Below are positions 19,899 to 29,839 of a DNA stretch of 61,143 nt, in pieces. The notes under the pieces were generated by a model. The model was not told the DNA's origin. It was given only the letters and a program-made list of their open reading frames with translations, and searched no databases. Made by a program: the position numbers and the translations under genes. The stretch is taken from assembly GCA_049472195.1 (NCBI GenBank), contig JBLIRG010000003.1, forward strand, positions 1 through 61,143. The letters are read 5' to 3'. Source of the DNA: Thermoplasmatota archaeon (lineage in GTDB: Archaea > Thermoplasmatota > Penumbrarchaeia > Penumbrarchaeales > Penumbrarchaeaceae). Numbering within the stretch: position 1 is the stretch's first letter; every line of letters starts with the position of its first letter.

Positions 19899-22202
19899 AT
19901 GATCTTGAAAGGGGGAAGTGGTGCGCTGTCGGCGGCTGCAGCGGTCTTGATTCTTGCCGCGGCACTCGGAACGTTGGTCTCGCCCGACATCGAAGCCGGA
20001 GCGACCAGGAGCGAGGGTGAGGATATTCGAATCGACATAACCGTCAACTTCACCGGAATAACCGAGATGACCGGGGATGTCTGGATAGAGATCAACAGGA
20101 TCAATGTCAACAACACCTTGATGTCCGCCGACGAGATCAGGTCCACATACGAGACTGAAAAAAATGTGACCGAAGACGTCGATGAGGAGATCAAGAGCAG
20201 GATCGATTACACCATCGGCACCATTCTCGAGGGAGATGAGATCTCCACGGAGGATCACGATCTTCACGAGGATACCCTTGTGAACAGCACCGAGAACCTT
20301 GGCAGGCCCATAATCTATACACTGACGATCACCGCCGAAACACCGGTTGAATCTATCCTGCCGGAGAGCAGGCTGGATTCGATCGAGGAAGGACGGATGG
20401 ATTATGTGATCGCTTCCCTGATGCTCTGCGGATTCACATATGAAAGGACGGTTAGTATTTCGGCCGAAGAAGGAGAGGTGATCACGATCCGCCTCTCAGA
20501 TGAGATCGATCCGTTCGGCGACGGGGAGATCACCATTCCTGTCGGATCCGGGTGGCCCAAGGACGATGATGGATTCTATACTTTCACCGTTGACGGACTT
20601 CAATCCGATTTCACCAAATCGTTCACTTTCTCGATCCCGTCCGGCCACAGGATAAGCCCGGGATCCGAAATTTACTCAGGCAGTGTTGAAGTGGACTGGT
20701 TTGCCCTGAACACGATCTCCATCACGGGCTCGATCGATCTATTATCGGTCGATATCATGGAGAGGGATATATTCTCGGACATACCCGATTCCGTGGAAGC
20801 ACCTGATTTCGTGCCGGCATCGCTGATAAGAGAGCTGTACCTCGAAGGAATTCTCGACGACTCGGATCTGAAGGAGGTATCTAAAGAATCCTCCGCCAGG
20901 ATCGAGGATGAGATCAAAACGGCCCTTAAAATCGACACGCTGAACATATCGTCTTCTGTGGACACGAGGACCAGCGGCCTTTCGCTGCCGCAAGGGGGCT
21001 CCTCACTGCTCGGGATAATTGATTCCGACCTCGGACTGCTGATCGAGGTGGAAACCGATGACCCGGTAGATCTGGATATATTGGACGGATATGCGGAAGA
21101 GGATGTCATGGCACTTCTCAACGGCGGATTGAAGATCATGAGATACATAAACGGAATCGAGGATGACGAAATCGATGTGTCCCTCCTGCTTCCGTCCGGT
21201 CTCTACTTCGGAGACGAGACACCGCTGGATTCGGTTTCCGGGAGAAATAGATATGAGCTGATACCCGGTACCAAATCCATCAGGTCGGATCGTGCTCCGA
21301 TCTACGATTCGGAGGAGATCGGAGTGGACGCTCTCGTGGACATATCCGGGATAGAATCGCATTATTTTTCCGACGCTGTCATCGACATGAATTCGGAAAT
21401 GACCCTGTACATCAACCACCTCGAGTTCGATCCCGATGACTATCCGATGAAGACAACCCTGAACTATTCCCTCGATTACCTCAATGCAGACCTCATGAGG
21501 CTGTTGATCGACATGGATATCATCGATAAATCGGATCTAATCTCGGAGATATCGGACAGGGTGTCGTCTATCCTCGAGGATTTCGTACCCCGGGAGGAGC
21601 AGATCATAGATATATCGTTCCAAAATAATTCGTTGATCTTCGACGGGGACAGGACCAACGTAGACGGAGAGGATCCGATAATGGCAGACATCTCGATAAC
21701 ATCGGATATCGATCCGTTCGAATCGGATCTCCTGGGTATGATGAGAGGCGATCTGGAAAACGCGTTCCTGCCTTTCCATATGGATCCGTTGATACCGATT
21801 CGGGTAGTGGAGAGAACCCTCAACCTTGGTGAGGCCATGGGCTGGGACCTGAACCTGTCGATAAGGTTCCCTTCCGGAATGGGAGTCAGGGCATGGCTCG
21901 GGAACGGCACATACCATTATTCCCACAAACTGGAGATAAGAACCGAGGATGGATATCCAACGCTTTTCCTCGATCCTGAATCGGGAAGCGGGGACCATAT
22001 TTACATCGAAATGGAGTTCGGCTCCTACTTCGCCGTCAACAATTTCACAGTATGCTTCGCATCGGTGTGGGTGGTGCTGCTGATCATCGTTCTGGTGATG
22101 ATCCTATCTATCGTGAAACGGATCAGGAAGAAGGGAAAAATGAAGCGGGGGGAGGAGAACGATGAGCCGGATGATCCCGGGGACGAGCCCGAGGAAGTCT
22201 GA
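19899..22202 (+). CDS. Hypothetical acidic surface protein with three diverged internal repeats and C-terminal TM
   Basis: Signal peptide after ATG 19899; D/E/I/S-rich body; TM FASVWVVLLIIVLVMILSIV followed by KRIRKKGK. Confidence 0.8.
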   Translation: MILKGGSGALSAAAAVLILAAALGTLVSPDIEAGATRSEGEDIRIDITVNFTGITEMTGDVWIEINRINVNNTLMSADEIRSTYETEKNVTEDVDEEIKSRIDYTIGTILEGDEISTEDHDLHEDTLVNSTENLGRPIIYTLTITAETPVESILPESRLDSIEEGRMDYVIASLMLCGFTYERTVSISAEEGEVITIRLSDEIDPFGDGEITIPVGSGWPKDDDGFYTFTVDGLQSDFTKSFTFSIPSGHRISPGSEIYSGSVEVDWFALNTISITGSIDLLSVDIMERDIFSDIPDSVEAPDFVPASLIRELYLEGILDDSDLKEVSKESSARIEDEIKTALKIDTLNISSSVDTRTSGLSLPQGGSSLLGIIDSDLGLLIEVETDDPVDLDILDGYAEEDVMALLNGGLKIMRYINGIEDDEIDVSLLLPSGLYFGDETPLDSVSGRNRYELIPGTKSIRSDRAPIYDSEEIGVDALVDISGIESHYFSDAVIDMNSEMTLYINHLEFDPDDYPMKTTLNYSLDYLNADLMRLLIDMDIIDKSDLISEISDRVSSILEDFVPREEQIIDISFQNNSLIFDGDRTNVDGEDPIMADISITSDIDPFESDLLGMMRGDLENAFLPFHMDPLIPIRVVERTLNLGEAMGWDLNLSIRFPSGMGVRAWLGNGTYHYSHKLEIRTEDGYPTLFLDPESGSGDHIYIEMEFGSYFAVNNFTVCFASVWVVLLIIVLVMILSIVKRIRKKGKMKRGEENDEPDDPGDEPEEV

Positions 22203-22259
22203 GATCATATCCAATACCGCAATCCGGGACGCCGGCTGGCTCCCTGTTTGACTACAGGA

Positions 22260-22277
22260 AACCTTTATATAAAGGTT
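22260..22277 (+). promoter_or_regulatory. TATA box of the rps19e operon within a perfect 18-bp palindrome
   Basis: AACCTTTATATAAAGGTT preceded by purine-rich BRE-like GGAA. Confidence 0.6.
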
Positions 22278-22350
22278 CAATGATCAGCCCTTTCACGCCC
22301 CACTAGTATACGGGTGCAAATTTGAAATCCAGAAATCCTGGAGGGCCACG

Positions 22351-22803
22351 ATGACTACGATATATGACGTCCCTGCCGATGAGATGATAGCTAAAACAGC
22401 GCAGAAGCTCAGGGAGATTGAAGCATGCCAGCCCCCGGAATGGGCACAGTACGTGAAAACCGCTGTTCACAGGCAGAAAGCGCCCAAGGATCCCGAATGG
22501 TGGTTCACGAGGGAGGCAGCCATACTGAGAAAGGTATACATCAACGGTCCGATCGGGGTCATGCACCTTCGAGCGAAATTCAGCGGACCGCTCGATCGGG
22601 GTTCCAAACCGAACAGGACCAGGATGGGCTCGGGTTCCATAGTAAGAACCGCCCTTAAACAGCTCGAAAATGCAGAGCTGATTGCCGTGGTCGAGGGCAG
22701 GGGCAGGGAGGTAACTCCCAAGGGAAGAAAGTTCCTGGACAACATAGCATACGACGTTCTCAAGGATATCATCAAGGATAACCCCGAGCTCGGAAAATAT
22801 TGA
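22351..22803 (+). CDS. rps19e: 30S ribosomal protein S19e
   Basis: MTTIYDVP, PPEWAQYVKT, WWFTREAAILRKVY, GSGSIVRTALKQLE. Confidence 0.97.
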   Translation: MTTIYDVPADEMIAKTAQKLREIEACQPPEWAQYVKTAVHRQKAPKDPEWWFTREAAILRKVYINGPIGVMHLRAKFSGPLDRGSKPNRTRMGSGSIVRTALKQLENAELIAVVEGRGREVTPKGRKFLDNIAYDVLKDIIKDNPELGKY

Positions 22804-22827
22804 TGATCCAGGTATGAATATCGAGGT

Positions 22828-23169
22828 ATGAAAATGAGCGAAGAGGACAAGGAGCTCGAGATGCTTCGGCAGAAACGCCTCGCAGAGCTTCAATCCTCCA
22901 GACGCGATGATGAGATGGTGGAGCGGGAAAGGGAGAAGATCGAGGAACAGAAGAACCAGATCCTGATCAGGATAATGACCCGCGATGCAAAGGAGAGGCT
23001 GAACCGGCTCAGGATGGCCTATCCGGAGATGGCGGGACTCGTCGAGAATCAGCTGATCATGCTCTATCGGGCCGGGAGGCTTCCCGGGGAGATAGACGAT
23101 GAGACGCTCAAGAAGCTGCTCGCGAAACTGCAGCCGAAATCAATTGACTATAATATCGTAAGGAAGTAG
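22828..23169 (+). CDS. PDCD5-like dsDNA-binding protein
   Basis: [27 protein letters not shown]; conserved position after rps19e. Confidence 0.92.
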   Translation: MKMSEEDKELEMLRQKRLAELQSSRRDDEMVEREREKIEEQKNQILIRIMTRDAKERLNRLRMAYPEMAGLVENQLIMLYRAGRLPGEIDDETLKKLLAKLQPKSIDYNIVRK

Positions 23170-23174
23170 TGACC

Positions 23175-23330
23175 ATGTCCAGCAGAAAGCCCTTTGGAAA
23201 GAAGAAAAGGTTGATCAAAGCCACAAACAGGAACCGCAGGGTGCCCGCATGGGTTATGCAGAGGACCGCAAGACGGTTCACGAACCACCCCAAGAGGCAT
23301 ACATGGAGAAGGAGCAAGCTCCACAAGTGA
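23175..23330 (+). CDS. rpl39e: 50S ribosomal protein L39e
   Basis: Read directly: [51 protein letters not shown] (51 aa, below the ORF-track cutoff). Confidence 0.96.
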   Translation: MSSRKPFGKKKRLIKATNRNRRVPAWVMQRTARRFTNHPKRHTWRRSKLHK

Positions 23331-23347
23331 AGGCAGGGTGATGTTAA

Positions 23348-23620
23348 ATGGCAGATGATATGGAAGAGAGAATAATCATCGTCCCTTTGAGAAAGATCAA
23401 GGAGACATCAAGGACCAAGAGGGCTCCCAAGGCCATCAAGATCATCAGGTCCCACATAGCGAGACACATGAAGATGGAGGAGGATAACATCTGGATCGAC
23501 ACCCCCGTGAACGAGGAGATCTGGAAGAACGGAAGGGAGAATCCTCCAAACAAGATCCGACTCAAGGCCATCAAGTTCAAGGATCAGGACCTGGTAGAGG
23601 TCTCCCTGCCGGACGAGTGA
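23348..23620 (+). CDS. rpl31e: 50S ribosomal protein L31e
   Basis: VPLR, KRAPKAIK, VNEEIWKNG, PPNKIR. Confidence 0.96.
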   Translation: MADDMEERIIIVPLRKIKETSRTKRAPKAIKIIRSHIARHMKMEEDNIWIDTPVNEEIWKNGRENPPNKIRLKAIKFKDQDLVEVSLPDE

Positions 23621-23638
23621 TTTTCCTCTGGTGATCTG

Positions 23639-24331
23639 ATGGCGGTACGGCTCGCCGATATTGACGGAAATCCCTATATCGGGGTATTCTGCAGATTGAT
23701 CGGCGATATCGCCGTTGTCCCTCTGGACGTTTCGGATGAATTCGCCAAGCTTCTGGAAACGTCGCTTGATATAAGGACTGTAAGGGCCACTCTCGGCGGA
23801 ACCAATCTTCACGGCAGTCTGATCTCCGCAGGCAGTGCCGGGATGATCGTGCCGTATTTCTTCAATGAGACCGACATAAGGAAAGCCTTCGAGAAGGAGG
23901 GCGTCACGGAGATTACCGATTCCATCAGGATCGCGATCTCTGATGATCCCACCACGTCATGGGGCAACAACGTTCTCCTGTCTGAGAGGGCCGCACTGAT
24001 AAATCCCGATCTGACAGAGGAATCCGCGGATCTTGTGAGGGACACTTTCGATGTTGAGGTGGAGAGGGGGACAATAGCAGGCGTGAAGACGGTCGGATCC
24101 GTAGCTTCCCTCAACTCGAGGGGGATGGTCGTTCACCCGAAGGCAACCAATGAGGATATGGCCCGTTTAACGGACCTTTTCGGCATAGATGTCAAGATCT
24201 CCACCGCCAACTTCGGATCGCCCTATCTCGGCGCCTCTATCATAGCCAACGACCGGGGGGCCTTGATCGGGAACAAGAGCTCGGGCGTGGAAGTGAACAG
24301 GATAGAGGACACTCTGGACCTCATAGAATGA
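23639..24331 (+). CDS. eif6: Translation initiation factor 6 (aIF6)
   Basis: GNPYIGVF, GTIAG...VGS, VHP, TANFGSPYLG; operon context. Confidence 0.95.
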   Translation: MAVRLADIDGNPYIGVFCRLIGDIAVVPLDVSDEFAKLLETSLDIRTVRATLGGTNLHGSLISAGSAGMIVPYFFNETDIRKAFEKEGVTEITDSIRIAISDDPTTSWGNNVLLSERAALINPDLTEESADLVRDTFDVEVERGTIAGVKTVGSVASLNSRGMVVHPKATNEDMARLTDLFGIDVKISTANFGSPYLGASIIANDRGALIGNKSSGVEVNRIEDTLDLIE

Positions 24332-24344
24332 AAATTAAGCCCGC

Positions 24345-25151
24345 CTACTCCCCGAACCTTCTCTTTCTGAGCTGATATGACCGGATGGCCTTCAGAAACT
24401 CGGTGAAGGTCAGGCCGGGCCAGTAGATATCAGTGAAGTACAATTCGGAATAAGCGAGCTGCCAGAGCAGAAAATTCGAGATCCGCACCTCGCCCGATGT
24501 TCTGAGAACCAGATCGGGGTCGGGGAACGACGCTGTATACAGGTAGTTGGATACGAGCGGCTCGTCGATATCATCCTGCGTTATCTTGCCTGCCTGTACA
24601 TCGGAAACGATATCCCTTATCGCGGACAGGAGCTCCTCCCTGCCCCCGTATGCGACCGCGAGGTTGAAGAAGTACTTGTCGTAATCCCTGGATGCATCCT
24701 CGGCTTTTTCAATCGCATCCCTGAGAGAATCGTTCAGAAGCTCCCTCTGACCGAGGACGGTAATTCTGATCCCGTTCTTGTGTATCCTGTCATCCGATGC
24801 GATCTTCAGGAAGTTCTCCTGGAAGATCGACATGAGGGTATCGACCTCGTCCTTCGATCTCTTGAAATTCTCCGTGGAGAACGCATAGACCGTCAATATC
24901 TTTATACCCAGATCGAGGCACCATTCGAGAACGTCCTCCAGTTTGTCCCTCCCGCTGAGATGCCCTTCCATCGATGTTTTTCCGATATCACTGGCATATC
25001 TTCTGTTGCCGTCCATGATTATGGCAATATGTCTGGGTATTGGATACTGAAGGACAAGGGTCTTGAGCCTTTCCTCTTTTGCCCTGGTCAGGCTTCTGGA
25101 TATGGAATCCGATATGTCAGCGATAGGGAAAACCCCCGGTTGATGATCCAT
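24345..25151 (-). CDS. uppS: cis-prenyltransferase (polyprenyl diphosphate synthase)
   Basis: PRHIAIIMDGNRR, YAFSTENF, YGGREE, RTSGEVRISNFLLWQ, RRFG; exact start uncertain. Confidence 0.94.
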   Translation of the reverse strand: MDHQPGVFPIADISDSISRSLTRAKEERLKTLVLQYPIPRHIAIIMDGNRRYASDIGKTSMEGHLSGRDKLEDVLEWCLDLGIKILTVYAFSTENFKRSKDEVDTLMSIFQENFLKIASDDRIHKNGIRITVLGQRELLNDSLRDAIEKAEDASRDYDKYFFNLAVAYGGREELLSAIRDIVSDVQAGKITQDDIDEPLVSNYLYTASFPDPDLVLRTSGEVRISNFLLWQLAYSELYFTDIYWPGLTFTEFLKAIRSYQLRKRRFGE

Positions 25152-25242
25152 CCTCGATATGAAGGCCTCGATTATATCTTTTACCTTCCGAAACCCTGTT
25201 GATTTGTAAAACGTTATCAAGTAGAAGTCTTTTCCCGGCCTC

Positions 25243-26277
25243 ATGGAACCCTACCTTCAGGATGACGGCGTCATAGTGGCTGACGTGAAGGCCTCCTCAA
25301 CGCTTATGAACAAGGGTTCCTACGGAGAATCACTTCCCGGTGGTTTCCTCAAGCTGAGCCTCATAGAGGCCGCCTACCTCCTTGAAAACGGAAGGATAAC
25401 CGTCAAGAGCGGACGGAAAGGAAGGAGGATCGACCTTCGGACCCTGATCGCCCGTGGACTGGATCTGAACGATCATTTTTTCGAGAACCATCTCGTCCAC
25501 AGGGACCTCAGGAACAGGGGATTGATCGCAAAGGAGAGCGGGGAGGGCAACTTCCTGGTTTACCCCAGAGGGGGCCGGCCCGGAAGAGCTAAGGCCGATG
25601 CGTGGGTATCCGTCTTCAGGGAGAACGACGGGGATGAAGTGAGATCCCTGTATTCGTCCGCTGTCTCCAGGGAAAACGTTCACAGGAACTACCTCGCGGC
25701 GGTAGTGGATGCTGATTGGGATATCACCTACTACCTCGTCAGAACCTACCTGAGGGGGAAGGAGGCCGATGGGAGCAAAAGAGCAGATGATATCCCGGGG
25801 ATCGAAAAAGGTGAGATCATCACCGATCTTCCCCGCGGGGGCATTCTGTACTGGGGGGAAAGGAGAGAGGAACTTCATGGGGCCCACTTCATGGGTTCCG
25901 AGTTCGTGGATTCCCTCATGATGTCGAGGGAGGAGGACAGGCTCATCAACCGCCGATCCGGAATGGACAGCGGTGGAGATATAAAATGGGAAACCTACTA
26001 TGATCTCAGGAAGAGGGGCTGGTTCGTGAGGACCGGTTTCAAGTACGGAACCCATTACAGGGTATATACCCAGCATCCCTCGAAAGGTCATTCGGACCTG
26101 CTTGTTCACTGCCTATCCGGGGAAGACAGACCGACGTGGGAGGAGCTCTCGCGGGGTATAAGGCTCTGCCATTCCGTCAACAAGAGAATGATATTCGCCT
26201 TTTCACCCGCTGATGATTCTGACGGCGGTGATGCGGGATCCCCGAGATATCTGTCGATCGAATGGATAAGACCGTGA
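25243..26277 (+). CDS. endA: tRNA-intron endonuclease, two-unit (alpha2) type
   Basis: LSLIEAAYL N-terminal unit; catalytic unit GFKYGTHYRVY, GHS, SVNK; ends WIRP. Confidence 0.92.
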   Translation: MEPYLQDDGVIVADVKASSTLMNKGSYGESLPGGFLKLSLIEAAYLLENGRITVKSGRKGRRIDLRTLIARGLDLNDHFFENHLVHRDLRNRGLIAKESGEGNFLVYPRGGRPGRAKADAWVSVFRENDGDEVRSLYSSAVSRENVHRNYLAAVVDADWDITYYLVRTYLRGKEADGSKRADDIPGIEKGEIITDLPRGGILYWGERREELHGAHFMGSEFVDSLMMSREEDRLINRRSGMDSGGDIKWETYYDLRKRGWFVRTGFKYGTHYRVYTQHPSKGHSDLLVHCLSGEDRPTWEELSRGIRLCHSVNKRMIFAFSPADDSDGGDAGSPRYLSIEWIRP

Positions 26278-26304
26278 TCTGATCGGCGGGATGATGTGTT
26301 TCCT

Positions 26305-28995
26305 TCACTCGATCTTCTTCATCAGGTTGATAACCGGCTTCCTCGATACCAAAACCGCGGGCAGGAACGAACCGGCGATCCCGAACAGGATAGTCAATCC
26401 CACCAGATATGCAACGATCCAATAGGGCGGCATGAACCTGAAATCCACAACCGATATTGAGTTGAAAGCGTAGATGCCCAGCGCTGCCACGATTGTTCCC
26501 GCGGCGATGCCGAGAAGCATGGAAACAAGGGAGATCGCGATTCCCTCCACCATCAGTGATTTCAGTATCTCGAATCTTCTCAGGCCCATCGATTTGAGCA
26601 CCCCAATCTCATACTCCCTCTCCTTGACTGATGCATAGAGGTTGATCACAAGGGAGAAAATCGCCACGACCAGGAGAATTGACGATATCACCGTCAAGAT
26701 GCTCTGTAGGAAAACAAATGCGAGCGTTGATGCTATTATCGTCTCGGTCGTATCGACGACGAACACGTTTTCGACCGCACCGAACCTCTCGTTAAGTTTG
26801 TCCATCACATCGAACCGGTCGTCAAGGTGCTTCAGGTCTATGAAGAGAGAACTGTATGAAGCGGTCGTGTTGAACTCCCTGAAGATCCTGTTGAATCCCT
26901 CCTCCGAGATCAGGGAGCCGTAATAACCCTCGCTCTCCGCCGAGAATAATCCGGGAAATCCCGCGGCCTGGGTGAGGACCGCCCGGACCTCGAAGAACAT
27001 CTTCTTCTGAACGCCGTCATTCTCGTAGGACATGGACACCCTGTCTCCCTTCCCTATCTCCAGCTCCTTTGCCATACCTCCGGATACCGCTATCCCGTCA
27101 ATCCCCAGATTCTCGAGGTCCGATATGCCCCCGCTCTCGAACCTGGTCCTGGACGAGTAGGTGGTCTTCGTGTAATTCCCATCGATTCCGTATGTCAATA
27201 TCGTGGTGCCCTTCCTGCCGATCAGATCCGAAACCTCGATAAACCACGGACCGATGACAGCGGAAAGGGAATTCACGCCGTCGATATCGCCGATCACGGA
27301 TACGTCCTCGGAGGCCAGCCCCCTCTGATCCACGAATATCCTGATATCGGAACCTATTCCCGAGCGGATGCTGTCGCTTGACGAATACATGACCGACGAG
27401 AATATCGAGGTGAACATGATGAGGATCGCCACTATGGTCCCGAAGATCAGATTGGTTGATATGTTCCTCCTGACGTTGCGCTTGATGTAGGAGCGTATGA
27501 TCTTGTTCGTCCTGGCCGTTATCGGGTAGAATATCCTCGCTATCAGGTCCTCGACATAGGGTACTCCTCCCAGCAGCGCCACGGTCAATGAGATGGGAAG
27601 AAGCGTCATCATCCCGATGGACGCTAGACAGAAGTTGTCGTCTCCCGAACTCGTTATCAGAAATACAACGCTCATGATGGAAACCATCATGGCACCGAAG
27701 ACGAACCAGCCGGAGAGAACCAGCTTCTTGTCCACCCTCTCGGTGGAAACGAATTTGAAAGCACCGGTGGATTTTATCCTGTTCATGGATTCGGAAGGAT
27801 TGGTTCTCAGGGCTTTCATTATGGGCGAGAGGGAGAAAAGCACCGTAACCAGGACCGCGATCAGCAGCTGAAGGATCACCTGGGTGGTGAGGGACAGGGA
27901 CGTCAGCTCGAAATCCAGACCGAATATGAAAACGATACCCTTGGCCGCGAGCGGCCCCAGGATCAGGGCCGGCAGCATACCTATGAACAGGATCGTGAAC
28001 AGTTCGGCCAGAACCACCCTGCCAACGAACGACCTCCTGGCCCCCAGAAGTCTGAGGGTGGCGAGTTCCTGGGTCTTCTCCTCCACCGACAATCCCATCA
28101 CCGAGGCCACGAGGATGCCGGATATCGCCGGGAAAAGTATGGCGAATAGATACGAGAGGGAGGTGAGGAAATTGGTTGTTCCCCGGTTGAGGGCGGCCGC
28201 TTTGGGAGCCGACACATCATATTCCTCGCCAAGATCCTCCGCCAGGTCAAGTGCGATCCTCTCGACCGCCCTTGCGGGGTTCGTCGGATCGGAGAGGTCG
28301 TAGAGATCCTGATCCACGGTGACCAGGATATGCGATGCCATGTTCTCCATACCCGCAAGGTCCTGAAGGAATCCAATGTCCAGCACGATGTATGGATTGG
28401 TCTGGTATGTGGAGGTCACCTGGAAGCTTCCGGTTATGTCCATGACACCGCTGATCACGGCCGTTATGTCCGTCATTCCGGATGCCGAGGGAAACGTGAA
28501 CGTTATCGTATCCCCGACCGCCGCCCTCTCCTTTCCGATTCCGGGACCCAGCGAATACGCTGCCTTGGTGGAGATAACGCATTTTCCGAAGGACAGATCG
28601 TACCCGCCCTCCTGGTACTCGACATACCCTTCCCCGTATTCCGGGGAAACCCCGAAAACCTGAAAGAAATGGTCCGGGGCCATGTCCCGGGTGGTGAAAC
28701 CGTATCCTCGTATTATCGGATAGGCTCCCTCCACATCATCGTCCGCGTTGATATCCCTCAGGACGCTGTCAACCTCAAGATAGGTCGGATCCAGGTCCGA
28801 GTTGTCGGTCCTCTCGATCTCTATATCGAATGACACCTGCTGGTCGATGGTCTCGAAATCGATCTCCTGGGCCGATGAGAAGAAGAGGGATATTATCAGC
28901 ATCATGGTGAACGTGAAGAACACGCTCAAAACAGCCAGGGTTGACCTAACCTTCGATTTGGCGAAGCCGTGGAGGATGTATTTTATGAAATTCAT
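26305..28995 (-). CDS. FtsX/MacB-family ABC transporter permease with duplicated units
   Basis: SVEEKTQELATLRLLGA and SVKEREYEIGVLKSMG motifs, two large extracellular domains. Confidence 0.88.
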   Translation of the reverse strand: MNFIKYILHGFAKSKVRSTLAVLSVFFTFTMMLIISLFFSSAQEIDFETIDQQVSFDIEIERTDNSDLDPTYLEVDSVLRDINADDDVEGAYPIIRGYGFTTRDMAPDHFFQVFGVSPEYGEGYVEYQEGGYDLSFGKCVISTKAAYSLGPGIGKERAAVGDTITFTFPSASGMTDITAVISGVMDITGSFQVTSTYQTNPYIVLDIGFLQDLAGMENMASHILVTVDQDLYDLSDPTNPARAVERIALDLAEDLGEEYDVSAPKAAALNRGTTNFLTSLSYLFAILFPAISGILVASVMGLSVEEKTQELATLRLLGARRSFVGRVVLAELFTILFIGMLPALILGPLAAKGIVFIFGLDFELTSLSLTTQVILQLLIAVLVTVLFSLSPIMKALRTNPSESMNRIKSTGAFKFVSTERVDKKLVLSGWFVFGAMMVSIMSVVFLITSSGDDNFCLASIGMMTLLPISLTVALLGGVPYVEDLIARIFYPITARTNKIIRSYIKRNVRRNISTNLIFGTIVAILIMFTSIFSSVMYSSSDSIRSGIGSDIRIFVDQRGLASEDVSVIGDIDGVNSLSAVIGPWFIEVSDLIGRKGTTILTYGIDGNYTKTTYSSRTRFESGGISDLENLGIDGIAVSGGMAKELEIGKGDRVSMSYENDGVQKKMFFEVRAVLTQAAGFPGLFSAESEGYYGSLISEEGFNRIFREFNTTASYSSLFIDLKHLDDRFDVMDKLNERFGAVENVFVVDTTETIIASTLAFVFLQSILTVISSILLVVAIFSLVINLYASVKEREYEIGVLKSMGLRRFEILKSLMVEGIAISLVSMLLGIAAGTIVAALGIYAFNSISVVDFRFMPPYWIVAYLVGLTILFGIAGSFLPAVLVSRKPVINLMKKIE

Positions 28996-29014
28996 GATCG
29001 GAATCCCCCGGAGT

Positions 29015-29722
29015 TCACCATCTGATCCTCCCGTCCTCCATCAGAAGCCTCTCACCCGCATACTCGGCAACACCCGAATCGTGGGTAACCATCAGGTATG
29101 TTTTCCTTCCCTTCTTCCTTATGGATGTCAGCAGGTCCATTATGGCCTCGCCGCTCTTTCGATCCAGATCCCCGGTTGGTTCGTCCAGAAGAATTATATC
29201 GGGATCGTTGGCCAGGGCTCGGGCGATAGCCACCCTCTGCTGCTCTCCCCCCGAAAGCAGGGAAGGCGTATGATCCGCCCTGTCTTCGAGTCCCACGTCC
29301 TTGAGAAGACCTTTGACCCTCTCGTTTCGCCTGGCCTTCGGAATCCCTGCGAAACTGAGCGGGATCTCGATATTCTCGTATGCCGTCATCGAAGGGATCA
29401 GGTTGTAGAACTGGAAAACGAAACCTATGGAATCCCTCCTGAAGTCCGACAGCTGATTATCCCTCAGCTGATTCAGGTTGATGCCCTTGACCTGCACGTT
29501 TCCCGTGGTGGGGGTGTCCACGGCGCCGATCATGTGAAGAAGTGTAGATTTTCCGCATCCCGAAGGTCCCATAAGGGCGGTGAAGCTTCCCTGCCTTATC
29601 CCCAGGGTCAGATCGTTTATCGCCGTGACCGGGACCTTTCCCGTCATGTATACCTTGTGAACGTTGAAAAGATTGATCACGTTCCCCTGCTGCGGTATGT
29701 ACCTCTGGGGTATCTTAGTCAA
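29015..29722 (-). CDS. LolD/MacB-type ABC ATP-binding protein
   Basis: GPSGCGKST, FVFQFYNL, LSGGEQQRVAIARAL, LLDEPT, VTH. Confidence 0.95.
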   Translation of the reverse strand: MTKIPQRYIPQQGNVINLFNVHKVYMTGKVPVTAINDLTLGIRQGSFTALMGPSGCGKSTLLHMIGAVDTPTTGNVQVKGINLNQLRDNQLSDFRRDSIGFVFQFYNLIPSMTAYENIEIPLSFAGIPKARRNERVKGLLKDVGLEDRADHTPSLLSGGEQQRVAIARALANDPDIILLDEPTGDLDRKSGEAIMDLLTSIRKKGRKTYLMVTHDSGVAEYAGERLLMEDGRIRW

Positions 29723-29839
29723 AGCCAGATGACCACCTCGCTCCTCCGATCTCGTTAGATCGATGAATTCCTATGTCCGATATTTAATTTACCTTTCGGC
29801 CCGCTCCAACGAAGGCTGCAGCCGCATCCGAAGATTCGT

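Noticed and set aside
28802-29758. Long antisense or alternative-frame ORFs (also 54298-55416, 51253-52134, 25330-26109, 31567-32373)
   Set aside because: Shadows of well-supported genes in GC-rich coding DNA, with no motifs of their own
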